Shown: one piece after another, positions 10,160 through 20,302 of the stretch
Layout: each line of letters starts with the position of its first letter
How positions within the stretch are numbered: the stretch's first letter is position 1
Source: Burkholderiaceae bacterium
Lineage (GTDB): Bacteria; Pseudomonadota; Gammaproteobacteria; Burkholderiales; Burkholderiaceae_D
Direction of reading: 5' to 3'
Length of the DNA stretch: 64,000 bases
Assembly: GCA_018261755.1 (NCBI GenBank)
Contig: JAGTRJ010000029.1
Coordinates: 1,009 to 65,008 of the forward strand
The notes under the pieces: model-generated
What the model saw: the letters and a program-made list of their open reading frames with translations, nothing else
Databases searched by the model: none
Told to the model about the DNA's origin: nothing
Position numbers and translations under genes: made by a program

Positions 10160-11209
10160 TTAACCAACCAGTTGCCACGACATCGTTTCACCAGCATTCA
10201 ACGGCACAACCATGGATTCACCAAATGGCACCTGTTCAGGCAATATCCATGGCTCGCGTTTCAACGTTACCTTGTCGTGATTTCTTGGCAAACGATAGAA
10301 ATCTGCACCATTGAAACTGGCGAATGCTTCCAGCCTATCCATTGCTCCAGCCTGATCGAATGCCTGCGCATACAGTTCCAGTCCATGCAAGGCTGTATAG
10401 CAACCTGCACAACCGCACGCATGTTCCTTCAATTCCTTCGGATGTGGCGCTGAATCCGTACCAATGAAAAATCGTTTGCTGTTGCCGGTGGCTGCTGCCA
10501 CCAGCGCCTGCCGGTTGGTTTCGCGCTTTAACACTGGTAAACAGTAGTAATGTGGACGGATTCCACCCTGGAAAATCGCATTGCGGTTGTACAGCAGATG
10601 GTGAGCAGTAATCGTTGCTGCAATTTCACCTTCAGCTTCAGTTACATATTGCGCTGCTTCTTTGGTGGTGATGTGTTCAAAAACGATGCGCAATTCAGGC
10701 ATGGTCTTGCGCAACGGCAACAGCACGCGATCAATGAAAACAGCTTCGCGATCGAACAGGTCGATATCAGGATCAGTCACTTCACCATGCATCAACAATG
10801 GCAGGCCAACTTGCTGCATCATTTCCAGCGCCTTAATGCAATGCTTCAAGTCAGTCACGCCGGCATCCGAATTCGTGGTTGCCCCAGCCGGGTAAAGTTT
10901 AACCCCATGGATGAAACCGCTTTCTTTCGCGTACTTGATTTCTTCGGCAGTTGTATTGTCTGTCAGATAAAGCGTCATCAACGGTTCAAACGACATGCCC
11001 GCTGGCAATGCCACCAGAATTCGTTCACGATATGCAATTGCCTGCTCGGTGGTTGTGACTGGCGGCCGCAGGTTCGGCATGATGATTGCGCGCGCGAACT
11101 GTCTGGCTGAATGAGGCAGCACGCTTTTCAGACCGGCTCCATCACGCAGGTGCAAATGAAAGTCATCTGGGCGGGTCAGGGTAATTTGCTGTGTGTTCTG
11201 GCTGGACAT
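10160..11209 (-). CDS. pyrC: Dihydroorotase (homodimeric type)
   Basis: 349-aa ORF with the metal-binding [36 protein letters not shown] and related motifs. Confidence 0.93.
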   Translation of the reverse strand: MSSQNTQQITLTRPDDFHLHLRDGAGLKSVLPHSARQFARAIIMPNLRPPVTTTEQAIAYRERILVALPAGMSFEPLMTLYLTDNTTAEEIKYAKESGFIHGVKLYPAGATTNSDAGVTDLKHCIKALEMMQQVGLPLLMHGEVTDPDIDLFDREAVFIDRVLLPLRKTMPELRIVFEHITTKEAAQYVTEAEGEIAATITAHHLLYNRNAIFQGGIRPHYYCLPVLKRETNRQALVAAATGNSKRFFIGTDSAPHPKELKEHACGCAGCYTALHGLELYAQAFDQAGAMDRLEAFASFNGADFYRLPRNHDKVTLKREPWILPEQVPFGESMVVPLNAGETMSWQLVG

Positions 11210-11294
11210 GTTATTTCCTTGGTTAAAGATGGCACAATTTTACTCTGAGCACGAAAAATGCACGAATTTGTCGGATTTTCGTCAAAAAAAGCGT

Positions 11295-11375
11295 GGTATA
11301 AGCAAATTTTATGTGTTGCATATAGGAAAAATAAATATTTTAAAATACACTACCCAGTATATTTATTACTAAAAA
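11295..11375 (-). repeat. Possible AT-rich degenerate copy of the dispersed element (R2)
   Basis: GGTATAAGCAAATTTTATGTG...TTTTAAAATACACTACCCAGTATATTTATTAC parallels R1 (GGGGTATACCATCAAAACAC...TTTAAAAATACTGCCTGGAGTATATTTTTCAGCC). The match is weak. Confidence 0.3.
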
Positions 11376-11460
11376 ACAACAATCCATAAAGCTTAAACGG
11401 GTTTCTACGCATGGTTCAGCCTTACCATGATTCCACTAACCGAATTTGTTAATGACTGAC

Positions 11461-12021
11461 ATGGGCAACCGTCTTTCTAAAATTGTTACTCGTACCGGCG
11501 ATGATGGCACGACCGGGCTTGGCGATGGCAGCCGGCTAGGCAAGGGCACGGCGCGCATTGATGCGATTGGCGATGTTGATGAGCTGAATTCCCACCTGGG
11601 GCTGCTGCTGTGCGAATCCTTGCCAGCTGGCATACGCGAACCCTTGCTGGCAATACAGCACGATCTGTTCAATCTGGGGGCTGAATTATCAATCCCTGAC
11701 CATCAGGTGATGAAAGAGGAACATGCGTTGCGGCTTGAACAATGGATCAAGGAATCAAACGCTGGTTTGCCACCGTTGAAAGAGTTCATTTTGCCGGGCG
11801 GGAGCAGGGCAGCGGCGCAGGCCCATGTATGCCGCGCGGTCTGCCGGCGGGCGGAACGATCGCTGGTTCGTTTGCACAGCAAGGAAAGAATCAGCGAGCC
11901 GGCGCGGCAATACCTGAATCGTTTGTCCGACTGGCTATTCGTGTTGGCGCGGGTTCTTAATCAGCGCGCTTCGCGCGATGAGGAATACTGGGAAAAATTG
12001 CGCGAAGAAATGTACCGATAA
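11461..12021 (+). CDS. PduO-type ATP:cob(I)alamin adenosyltransferase
   Basis: The ORF at 11446..12021 has MGNRLSKIVTRTGDDGTTGLGDGSRLGK and DELNSHLG motifs. The start could be 11452 or 11461. Confidence 0.88.
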   Translation: MGNRLSKIVTRTGDDGTTGLGDGSRLGKGTARIDAIGDVDELNSHLGLLLCESLPAGIREPLLAIQHDLFNLGAELSIPDHQVMKEEHALRLEQWIKESNAGLPPLKEFILPGGSRAAAQAHVCRAVCRRAERSLVRLHSKERISEPARQYLNRLSDWLFVLARVLNQRASRDEEYWEKLREEMYR

Positions 12022-12054
12022 AAAAACGGCGCTATCAATGGCGCCGTTTTTTTT
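12021..12054. terminator. Bidirectional rho-independent terminator between cob(I)alamin adenosyltransferase and folE2
   Basis: AAAAAA-CGGCGC-tatcaatg-GCGCCG-TTTTTTTT. It has a perfect GC stem with an A-run on one side and a T-run on the other. Confidence 0.8.
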
Positions 12055-12071
12055 GGGAGTTCAAATTGCGT

Positions 12072-12959
12072 TCAATCGCGCTTGTCGCATTCAATCATCG
12101 CGTAAGCAGAATGATTGTGGATCGATTCAAAATTCTCCGCTTCCAGCGTGTAGGCGACGATACGGTTGTCACCATTAAGCATGCCGGCCACATCGCGCAC
12201 CAGATCCTCGACGAATTTCGGGTTGTCGTAGGCGCGCTCGGTCACGAATTTTTCATCCGGACGCTTCAGCAAGCCATACAGTTCGCATGAAGCCAGTGCT
12301 TCGATTTTGGCAATCATCTCGTCAAACGGGATATTCTCTGCCAGCAGTGCGCTGACTGTAATGTGCGAACGCTGGTTATGCGCACCATAGGCGGCAATCT
12401 TTTTCGAGCATGGGCACAGGCTGGTGACGGGCACCAGTACCGTCTGCGTGATTTCAACTTCGCCTTCGGCAATGTCGCCCGTCAGCGCAACTTCGTAATC
12501 CATCATGCTTTGTACGCCGGAAACAGGCGCGGTCTTGTTGATGAAATACGGGAATGACACTTCAATCTGGCCAGCTTCTGCTTCCAGCAGCGTTAGCATC
12601 TTGCGCAGCATCTGGTCGAGCACAGTAATATCCAGCGGCGCAGCATCGGCATCACCAAGCTTTTCCAGTAATGCGATGAAACGGGACATGTGCGTGCCTT
12701 TTTTCGATTCAGGCAGGCGCACGGTCATGTTCCAGGTGCCGACGGTGGATTGAATTCCGCTCGGTGTTTTCAGGCGGATAGGGTAACGCACGCCCTTGAC
12801 ACCTACTTGCTGGATAGCAATTTTTCGGGTATCAGACAGGTTTTGTACGTCAGGTATGCTGGTTTTGACAGGATTCACAATAATATTTTGCTTGTTGGTA
12901 TTGTTCTCGGTATCCAACGGGTGTTCATCACAGGTAAAGCTGCAATCGCGGGAATTCAT
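12072..12959 (-). CDS. folE2: GTP cyclohydrolase I type 2 (FolE2/MptA family)
   Basis: The ORF at 12072..13088 overlaps dxs, so the likely start is the ATG at 12959 (MNSRDCS). FolE2 motifs present: KGTHMSRF and SLCPCSK...GAHNQRS. Confidence 0.88.
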   Translation of the reverse strand: MNSRDCSFTCDEHPLDTENNTNKQNIIVNPVKTSIPDVQNLSDTRKIAIQQVGVKGVRYPIRLKTPSGIQSTVGTWNMTVRLPESKKGTHMSRFIALLEKLGDADAAPLDITVLDQMLRKMLTLLEAEAGQIEVSFPYFINKTAPVSGVQSMMDYEVALTGDIAEGEVEITQTVLVPVTSLCPCSKKIAAYGAHNQRSHITVSALLAENIPFDEMIAKIEALASCELYGLLKRPDEKFVTERAYDNPKFVEDLVRDVAGMLNGDNRIVAYTLEAENFESIHNHSAYAMIECDKRD

Positions 12960-13003
12960 TATGCCTTCGCTCAAAATGCAGGGTTGGGGCAACCCGAAAA
13001 AAA

Positions 13004-14869
13004 TCAATGGTTGACAACCAGCCTGGGTTCGCCATTCATGAACCGCTGCTGGATCGAAGCCGCGATTCCGTTGGCATCCAGCCCGCACAGCGCCAGCAAA
13101 TGGGCAGCATCACCATGATCGATGAATTTGTCCGGCAGCCCCAGATGCAGGATAGGTTTGACAATGCCGGCTTCCGCCAGCGCTTCGGCCACCGCCTCAC
13201 CCGCGCCACCCATGATGCAGCCTTCCTCGACCGTTACGATAACATCGTGGCTGCGAGCAAGCTGCATAACCAGCGCGGTATCCAGCGGTTTGATAAAGCG
13301 CATGTTGGCCACGGTTGCATCCAGCTTGTCGGCTGCTTGCAGCGCGGGTTCGAGCATGGTGCCAAATGCCAGAATGGCTATCCTCTGGCCGTTGCGGCGG
13401 ATTTCTCCCTTGCCAACAGCTATGGTTTGCAAATCGCTGTCGGGAACGGCGCCAATGCCAGCACCACGCGGATAACGTACCGAAGCGGGGCCATTATAGT
13501 GGAATGCGGTCGAAAGCATCTGGCGGCACTCTTTTTCATCCGACGCGGCCATGATCACCATGTTCGGGATGCAGCGCAGGAACGCGATGTCGTAGTTGCC
13601 GGCATGGGTTGCGCCATCGGCGCCGACCAGGCCGGAGCGGTCAAGCGCGAACGTGACATCCAGATTTTGCAGCGCCACGTCGTGTATCAGCTGATCGTAG
13701 GCGCGCTGCAGGAAGGTCGAATAGATGGCGACCACCGGTTTCATGCCTTCGCATGCGAGGCCGGCGGCAAAAGTGACAGCATGCTGCTCGGCAATACCAA
13801 CATCGTAATAGCGATCCGGATATTGCTGTTCGAATTCAACCATGCCGGAACCCTCGCGCATCGCCGGCGTGATGCCAACCAGGCGCTGGTCAGTCGCTGC
13901 CATGTCGCACAGCCAGTGGCCAAAAACCTCGGTGTAGGTCAGTTTGGGACTTGGCGCAAGCTGGATACCCTTGTCCGGGCTGAATTTGCCCAAACCATGA
14001 TAGGCAATCGGGTCGGCTTCGGCCAGCTTGTATCCCTGACCTTTTTTCGTTACCACATGCAGGAAAACCGGGCCTTTGATGTCGCGGATGTTTTGCATGA
14101 TCGGGATCAGCGCATCCAGATCGTGCCCGTCAATCGGGCCGAAATAGCGGAAACCGAATTCCTCGAACACGGTCGCGGGGGCGATCACTTTCTTCGCCTG
14201 CGTTTCGATACGCTTGGCAATGTCGGCCATTGGTTTGGGCAGCATGGCCTTGGCGGCATTGCGGGTTGCGGCGTAAAACTTGCCCGACATCAGGCGCGAG
14301 AAATAGCGGTTCAACGCGCCGACCGGTGGCGAGATCGACATGTCGTTGTCATTCAGCACCACCAGCAGGTTGATGTCATCGTACACGCCAGCGTTGTTCA
14401 GCGCCTCGAACGCCATGCCGCCGGTAATCGCGCCATCGCCGATGACGGCAATCGCGCGCCGGTTTTCACCCTTGCTGCGCGCCCCCAGCGCCATGCCGAG
14501 CGCGGCTGAAATCGAGGTTGACGAATGCGCGGTGCCGAAGGCGTCGTAAACGCTTTCATCGCGTTTCGGAAAACCGGACATGCCGCCGAACTGGCGCAGC
14601 GTGTGCATCCGTTCGCGTCGGCCAGTCAGAATCTTGTGCGGATAGCATTGATGTCCGACATCCCAGATCAAGCGGTCTTCCGGTGTATTGAACACATAAT
14701 GCAGCGCGACAGTCAGTTCGACCACGCCAAGGTTCGACGACAGATGGCCGCCGGTTTTCGATACCGAATGCAGCAAGTATTCGCGCAACTCGTCGGCCAG
14801 CTGGACCAGTTGCGGTTGCGTCAGCTGCCGGAGTTCAGCCGGGTCATTGATGGTTTCAAGCAGTTTCAT
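13004..14869 (-). CDS. dxs: 1-deoxy-D-xylulose-5-phosphate synthase
   Basis: 621-aa ORF with [21 protein letters not shown], the thiamin-diphosphate motif [15 protein letters not shown], and [17 protein letters not shown]. Confidence 0.96.
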   Translation of the reverse strand: MKLLETINDPAELRQLTQPQLVQLADELREYLLHSVSKTGGHLSSNLGVVELTVALHYVFNTPEDRLIWDVGHQCYPHKILTGRRERMHTLRQFGGMSGFPKRDESVYDAFGTAHSSTSISAALGMALGARSKGENRRAIAVIGDGAITGGMAFEALNNAGVYDDINLLVVLNDNDMSISPPVGALNRYFSRLMSGKFYAATRNAAKAMLPKPMADIAKRIETQAKKVIAPATVFEEFGFRYFGPIDGHDLDALIPIMQNIRDIKGPVFLHVVTKKGQGYKLAEADPIAYHGLGKFSPDKGIQLAPSPKLTYTEVFGHWLCDMAATDQRLVGITPAMREGSGMVEFEQQYPDRYYDVGIAEQHAVTFAAGLACEGMKPVVAIYSTFLQRAYDQLIHDVALQNLDVTFALDRSGLVGADGATHAGNYDIAFLRCIPNMVIMAASDEKECRQMLSTAFHYNGPASVRYPRGAGIGAVPDSDLQTIAVGKGEIRRNGQRIAILAFGTMLEPALQAADKLDATVANMRFIKPLDTALVMQLARSHDVIVTVEEGCIMGGAGEAVAEALAEAGIVKPILHLGLPDKFIDHGDAAHLLALCGLDANGIAASIQQRFMNGEPRLVVNH

Positions 14870-14871
14870 GT

Positions 14872-15765
14872 TCAGGCATTCCGGTGCACGATGAGTTCCG
14901 CAATCAGACGCAGGCGTTCGGCCTTGCTGCCGAACGGAAGCAGCGCGGATTGCGCTTGTTCGAGCAACTTTTCCGCCAGTTGGCGCGAAGCGTCCAGGCC
15001 AAGGATGGAAACATAGGTTGGTTTGTTGTCGGCCGCGTCCTTGCCCGCTGTTTTGCCGAGCGTAGCCGAGTCGGCGGTGGCGTCGAGAATGTCATCGACC
15101 ACCTGAAAAGCCAGGCCGATCGCTTTGGCATAGGCGTCGAGCGCGGCTTCTTCCTCAGCGGTCAGTGTTTTGCCGCACAGAGCGCCCAAGAATACCGAAG
15201 CCCGCAGCAGCGCGCCGGTTTTCAGTCGGTGCATCTGTTCGAGTTCTGGCAGGGCCAGTGATTTTCCGACGCTGGCCAGATCGATCGCCTGGCCGCCACA
15301 CATGCCGGCGGAACCAGCCGCCTGTGCCAGCAGCCGCACCATCGCCAGCGTGCGCGCCGGATCGCCGCTGCCTTCGGACAACACGGTAAACGCCTGCGCC
15401 TGCAATGCATCGCCAACCAGCAGTGCGGTCGCTTGATCGTATTTCACATGCACAGTCGGCTTGCCGCGCCGAAGCGCATCGTCGTCCATGCACGGCATGT
15501 CGTCATGCACCAATGAATATACATGGATCATTTCGACCGCCGAGGCGGCCCGCGCCAGCAGTCCAGCATCGGCATCGAACAGCGCGCCAGCGGCAAATAC
15601 CAGCAATGGCCGCACGCGCTTGCCGCCATCTAGCGCGGTATACCGCATCGCTTCATGCAGGCGCGCGGGCACCGCCTGCGCCGATGGCAGGTAAGACGAC
15701 AGCGCGCCTTCCATCGCACGCTGGCTTGACAGCATCCAGTCGTTGAAACCTTGACCGTTCGTCAT
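14872..15765 (-). CDS. ispA: Farnesyl diphosphate synthase (geranyltranstransferase)
   Basis: 297-aa ORF with both polyprenyl synthase Asp-rich motifs: [17 protein letters not shown] and FQVVDDILD. Confidence 0.93.
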   Translation of the reverse strand: MTNGQGFNDWMLSSQRAMEGALSSYLPSAQAVPARLHEAMRYTALDGGKRVRPLLVFAAGALFDADAGLLARAASAVEMIHVYSLVHDDMPCMDDDALRRGKPTVHVKYDQATALLVGDALQAQAFTVLSEGSGDPARTLAMVRLLAQAAGSAGMCGGQAIDLASVGKSLALPELEQMHRLKTGALLRASVFLGALCGKTLTAEEEAALDAYAKAIGLAFQVVDDILDATADSATLGKTAGKDAADNKPTYVSILGLDASRQLAEKLLEQAQSALLPFGSKAERLRLIAELIVHRNA

Positions 15766-16007
15766 TCTTCCGCTCCGGCATTGTCTGCAAATGGCTTGAG
15801 CATCTCGCCTTCCAGCACTTTGACCTGGCTTTCGACCTTTTCCAGTTGTACCGCGCAGTATTTGACCAGTTGCGCGCCACGCTGATAGGCGGCGACAGAC
15901 GCATCCAGCGGCAGTTCGCCCGCTTCCATGCGTGCAACCAGTTGTTTCAGTTCGCTCATCGCGTCTTCAAATGACGCTGGCTGACCGGCGGCGGATTTTC
16001 TGGACAT
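15762..16007 (-). CDS. xseB: Exodeoxyribonuclease VII small subunit
   Basis: 81-aa ORF with FEDAMSELKQLVARMEAGELPLDASVAAYQRGAQLVKYC. It sits upstream of ispA-dxs, as in the classical xseB-ispA-dxs operon. Confidence 0.9.
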   Translation of the reverse strand: MSRKSAAGQPASFEDAMSELKQLVARMEAGELPLDASVAAYQRGAQLVKYCAVQLEKVESQVKVLEGEMLKPFADNAGAEE

Positions 16008-16359
16008 AATCGGCTAAAACAGAATCAGGCGGCCATTGTAAAACAATTCGCGCCACCGGTTAGGTTCCAGAAAGATCGGCAGGATTCAATAGATCCGGTG
16101 ATCCGGTCTTTTGCTGCCCAGCCATTTGTACAAATGGACCAGAGCAGACTTGATGCGGTTGTTCATGATACGTTTGGCTTGTAATACAAAGGGATAATAC
16201 AACCTGACATTATAGGCCGACTTTGACCGACTGGCACCAGTTTGATGGTTTTTGTCGCAGTAAACGGCGAAAATCGGAGTATCATCGGCGATTTCCGCAT
16301 TTTCAGCCCGCTTCTGGCGTGTGCCGCGTTTCACCGTTCCTTCATTTCCGTCGCATCGC

Positions 16360-17331
16360 ATGCAATCACTCTGGATGTTGTTTGCCACCTTCCTGTTCTC
16401 GCTGATGAGCGTGTGCGTGAAGTTCGTGTCCGATTCCTATTCCACGGTCGAAATCGTGATGTACCGCAGCCTGATAGGTGTGGTGGTCATCGGTTTGCTG
16501 ATGGCGGTGCGCGGCGCGGCCTTCAAAACCCGCTTTCCGCTGGCGCACCTGTGGCGCGGCGTGGTTGGCGCGACTGCATTCGGCCTGTGGTTTTTTTCGG
16601 TGGCGAAGCTGCCGCTGGCAACGGCCATGACGCTGAATTACATGTCGCCGATCTGGATTGCGGCAATGCTGTTCGGCATAGGCTGGTGGCGCGGCAAGAT
16701 GCATTTCGAATGGCGGCTGGTGGCGGCTGTGCTGACCAGCTTTGTTGGCGTGGCTTTGCTGCTCAAGCCGTCGATCCACGCCGATCAATTGCTGTGGGGC
16801 GCGATAGGCCTGTGCTCCGGCATGCTGGCTTCGCTGGCCTATCTGCAGGTACGCCAGCTTGGCATTCTGGGCGAACCGGAAGACAGGGTGGTGTTCTACT
16901 TCTGCATCACCGGCACCGTCGGTGGCGCGATTGCATGCTGGATTGGAGCGATCCTGCCGGGCAGCGATGGCGTGGTCTGGCATGCGCACGACTGGCGCGG
17001 GTTCATGCTGCTGACCGCGATTGGCGTGTTTGCCGCCGGCGGTCAGATGGCGATGACACGCGCTTATCATCTGGGCAAGACGCTGGTGACGGCGAACCTG
17101 CAATATACCGGCATCGTGTTTTCCAGCATCTGGGGCATCCTGATCTGGGACGACAGCCTCGGCTGGATGGGCTGGCTTGGCATGACGATCATCATCGCCA
17201 GCGGCGTGGTTGCGACTTTCTTCGACGTGCGCCACAAGCAGGCGGTCGCGTTTACTGCCGCCAAGGACATGCTGGTTGCCGCCGATGGCACCGAAGGTAG
17301 CAAATACACCAAAGGCAAGGCGGCCGATTGA
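16360..17331 (+). CDS. DMT superfamily (EamA-like) transporter
   Basis: The ORF is 16321..17331, with the likely start at ATG 16360 (MQSLWMLFATFLF). It has ten predicted hydrophobic segments in a duplicated EamA-like layout. Confidence 0.8.
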   Translation: MQSLWMLFATFLFSLMSVCVKFVSDSYSTVEIVMYRSLIGVVVIGLLMAVRGAAFKTRFPLAHLWRGVVGATAFGLWFFSVAKLPLATAMTLNYMSPIWIAAMLFGIGWWRGKMHFEWRLVAAVLTSFVGVALLLKPSIHADQLLWGAIGLCSGMLASLAYLQVRQLGILGEPEDRVVFYFCITGTVGGAIACWIGAILPGSDGVVWHAHDWRGFMLLTAIGVFAAGGQMAMTRAYHLGKTLVTANLQYTGIVFSSIWGILIWDDSLGWMGWLGMTIIIASGVVATFFDVRHKQAVAFTAAKDMLVAADGTEGSKYTKGKAAD

Positions 17332-17394
17332 CCTTGCTCAAGACGGCAAGGGCTGTCCGTGAACGATGGCGGCAACGATGGTATGATGGCGAAT

Positions 17395-17468
17395 CTCCGA
17401 GGAGCGTTGCGACACGCGCAGCAAGCGTGCCAGGCTCGGGGAACTTAACTTTTGCAACGGCGCTCACG
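17395..17468 (+). ncRNA. SAH (S-adenosylhomocysteine) riboswitch
   Basis: CTCCGAGGAGCGTTGCGAC...GCCAGGCTCGGGGAAC...CAACGGCGCTCACG matches the conserved SAH-riboswitch core (CCGAGGAGCG.UGCGAC / CAGGCUCGG / CAACGGCGCUCAC). It sits just upstream of the ahcY RBS AAAGGAGA. Confidence 0.88.
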
Positions 17469-17505
17469 TAACTTTTTTCTGGTTGATAATGAAAGGAGAA
17501 GCGTG

Positions 17506-18827
17506 ATGACGACTGCACGCAAAGACGACTACCAAATCGCCGATATCACCCTGGCCGAATGGGGTGACAAGGAAATCCGCATCGCTGAAACCGAAATGCC
17601 GGGCCTGATGGCAATCCGCGAGGAATTGAAGCGCTCGGCGCGCGGGTGCGCTGGGCCTCGTGCAACATTTTCTCGACCCAGGATCACGCCGCGGCCGCGA
17701 TTGCCGCTGGCGGCACGCCGGTATTCGCGGTCAAGGGTGAAACGCTGGACGACTACTGGGAATTCACGCACCGCATTTTCGACTGGCCCGATGGCGGCTA
17801 TTCGAACATGATTCTGGACGATGGCGGCGATGCGACGCTGCTGTTGCACCTGGGTTCGCGCGCGGAAACCGATCCATCGGTGCTGAACAATCCGGGTTCG
17901 GAAGAAGAAGTCTGCCTGTTCAATTCGATCAAGCGTTATTTGGCCAAGGATGGCAGCTGGTATTCGAAGCGTCTGGCCGAAGTCAAGGGTGTGACCGAGG
18001 AAACCACTACCGGCGTTAACCGCCTGTACCAGATGCACAAGGAAGGCAAGCTGGCGTTCCCGGCCATCAACGTCAACGACTCGGTCACGAAATCGAAGTT
18101 CGACAACCTGTATGGCTGCCGCGAATCGCTGGTCGATGGCATCAAGCGCGCGACTGACGTGATGATCGCCGGCAAAGTGGCGATCGTGGCCGGTTATGGC
18201 GACGTCGGCAAGGGTTGCGCGCAGGCGCTGCGCGCGCTGTCGGCGCAGGTGTGGGTGACTGAAATCGACCCGATCTGCGCCTTGCAGGCAGCAATGGAAG
18301 GCTACCGCGTGGTGACGATGGATTATGCGGCCGAACATGCGGACATTTTCGTTACCGCCACCGGCAACTACCACGTGATCACGCACGATCACATGGTGAA
18401 GATGAAGGATCAGGCGATTGTGTGCAACATCGGCCACTTCGACAATGAAATCGATGTCGCTTCGATCAAGCAGTACCAATGGGAAAACATCAAGCCGCAG
18501 GTGGATCACATCATCTTCCCGACCGGACGCCGCATCATCCTGCTGGCCGAGGGCCGGCTGGTGAACCTTGGCTGCGGCACCGGCCATCCGTCCTACGTGA
18601 TGAGCTCGTCGTTCGCGAACCAGACGATCGCGCAGATTGAACTGTACAGCAACACCAAATCGTATCCGGTTGGCGTTTACACGCTGCCGAAGCATCTGGA
18701 TGAAAAGGTCGCGCTGCTGCAGTTGAAAAAGCTGAATTCGCAACTGACGCGGCTGACGGCGGAACAGGCGGCTTACATCGGCGTGCCGGTCGATGGCCCG
18801 TACAAGCCGAATCATTACCGCTACTGA
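17506..18827 (+). pseudogene. ahcY: Adenosylhomocysteinase, disrupted by loss of a conserved internal block plus a frameshift near 17625-17632
   Basis: The N-terminal frame gives [41 protein letters not shown], then runs out of frame. A second frame resumes at [25 protein letters not shown] and runs to the normal C-terminus PYKPNHYRY. The universally conserved ...PLKGARI.GSLHMTIQTAVLIETL block is absent in all frames. Confidence 0.85.
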
Positions 18828-18903
18828 TTTCAAGCACGACCCCTGCCGTGCGCGGCAGGGGGCAATACCTGCAATTTGCGACAGGGCACACGAAAGGCAA
18901 ACG

Positions 18904-19245
18904 ATGCGACTGCTGATACTTTGGGCCATCAATGCCGCCGCGCTGCTGGCGATTCCATATCTGATGGATTCGGTGCAGGTGGCGAGCATCGGTTCCGCGC
19001 TGGTCGCGGCCGCGATCCTCGGGCTGGTGAACACGCTGATCCGGCCGATCCTGCTGGTCTTGACGTTGCCGGTCACTTTCCTGACGATGGGGCTGTTCAT
19101 CTTCGTCATCAACGGCATCACGTTCTGGCTGGTGGCGCAACTGGTCAGCGGTTTCCAGGTCGCCGGCCTGTGGTCGGCGATCGGCGGCGCGCTGCTGTAC
19201 AGCGTCATTTCGTGGGCACTGTCGACCCTGATTTTGAAAGAATAA
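18904..19245 (+). CDS. DUF360 / phage holin family 4-like small membrane protein
   Basis: The ORF is 18793..19245, with the likely start at ATG 18904, giving MRLLILWAINAAALLAIPYLM...LVNTLIRPILLVLTLPVTFLTMGLF. It occupies the conserved position between ahcY and metF. Confidence 0.8.
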   Translation: MRLLILWAINAAALLAIPYLMDSVQVASIGSALVAAAILGLVNTLIRPILLVLTLPVTFLTMGLFIFVINGITFWLVAQLVSGFQVAGLWSAIGGALLYSVISWALSTLILKE

Positions 19246-20088
19246 ATGGCACAACCTACATTCAGCATCGAATTCTTCCCGCCGAAGACGCCGGAGGGCG
19301 TGGAAAACCTGCGCGGCGAGCGCAACCGGCTGGCGGAAATCGGCGCAACTTATTACTCGGTCACGCTGGGCGCGGGCGGATCGGCGCGGTATGGCAACAA
19401 CGATACCGTGACGGAAATCCAGAAAGAGGGCCGCGAGGCGGCGCCGCACCTGCTGTGCATCGGCTCGAAATGCGACGATGTGCGCACCCGGCTGCACGAA
19501 TACAAGGCGCAGGGCATCCGCCATCTGGTCGCATTGCGTGGCGATTTGCCCGAGGGCGAAGAGCGGGCGCAGGGCGAATTCCATTATGCGAATGAACTGG
19601 TCGAATTCATCCGCCGGGAAACCGGCGACTGGTTCAAGATCGACGTGGCCGCCTACCCGGAAATGCATCCGCAGGCGGTTTCGCCGCAGGCCGATCTGGC
19701 CAATTTTGTGCGCAAGGCCAATGCCGGCGCCGACAGCGCGATCACGCAGTATTTCTACAACGCCGATGCATATTTCCGCTTCGTCGATGAAGCGCGCAAA
19801 GCCGGCGTAACGATCCCGATCGTGCCCGGCATCATGCCGATCACGAACCACACGCAACTGGCGCGCTTTTCGCAAATGTGCGGCGCCGAGATTCCGCGCT
19901 GGGTCCGTTTGCGGCTCGAAAGCTATGGCGAAGACCTCGAATCGATCCGCGAATTCGGACTCGACGTGGTGACGCAATTGTGCCAGCGGCTGCTGGCTGG
20001 TGGCGCGCCGGGTTTTCACTTTTACAGCCTGAACCGGGCCGCACCAACGGTTGCAATCTGGCAACGCCTGTTTTCCGCTGGGAAGTAA
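19246..20088 (+). CDS. metF: 5,10-methylenetetrahydrofolate reductase
   Basis: 280-aa ORF with FSIEFFPPKT, HLLCIG, ALRGD, AAYPE and ITQYFYN motifs. Confidence 0.93.
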   Translation: MAQPTFSIEFFPPKTPEGVENLRGERNRLAEIGATYYSVTLGAGGSARYGNNDTVTEIQKEGREAAPHLLCIGSKCDDVRTRLHEYKAQGIRHLVALRGDLPEGEERAQGEFHYANELVEFIRRETGDWFKIDVAAYPEMHPQAVSPQADLANFVRKANAGADSAITQYFYNADAYFRFVDEARKAGVTIPIVPGIMPITNHTQLARFSQMCGAEIPRWVRLRLESYGEDLESIREFGLDVVTQLCQRLLAGGAPGFHFYSLNRAAPTVAIWQRLFSAGK

Positions 20089-20094
20089 CAAAAC

Positions 20095-20182
20095 GGGGGT
20101 ATGGGCGTAAATGCGATTGCCGGGCCAGATATTTAGCGGAAAATTATAAATACTGGCCCGAGTATGTTTTGCCGCTTCGGCC
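20095..20182 (-). repeat. Degenerate copy of the dispersed element (R3)
   Basis: GGGGGTATGGGCG...AAATACTGGCCCGAGTATGTTTTGCCGCTTCGGCC. It keeps the GGGGTAT end and the ATACTGGCCCGAGTAT palindromic core. Confidence 0.55.
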
Positions 20183-20302
20183 GAGCACGGCGCATTGCCG
20201 CAGGTTTGATGCAAGACAGACACAACCGGACGCTTTTCTGACAGAATGCGGCGATATGCCCACCAATGGATGTGACGGGTTTTCCTTGCAAGCAGTGCGC
20301 CG

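Noticed and set aside
16224-16240. A sigma-54-like TGGCAC motif (TGGCACCAGTTTGAT). There is another at 25351 (TGGCACGAGTATATT), inside an element copy.
   Set aside because: The -12 element (TTGCW) is absent at the correct spacing. These are chance matches to the -24 half only.
16086-16388. A 100-aa minus-strand ORF in the xseB/DMT divergent spacer.
   Set aside because: It overlaps the start of the DMT transporter gene, has no recognisable motif or RBS, and its composition is atypical. The 350-nt spacer is more likely a divergent promoter region.
17529-19325. A 598-aa ORF antisense to ahcY. There are similar long antisense or shadow ORFs at 18535..20313, 13007..14509, 28916..30493, 37306..38814, 43973..45427, 45550..47343, 55159..56334, 57745..59043 and 62259..63485.
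   Set aside because: They overlap genes with unmistakable conserved motifs on the other strand or frame. Their translations are Arg/Ala/Gly/His-rich low-complexity sequences typical of stop-poor alternative frames in high-GC DNA, and no motif is recognisable.
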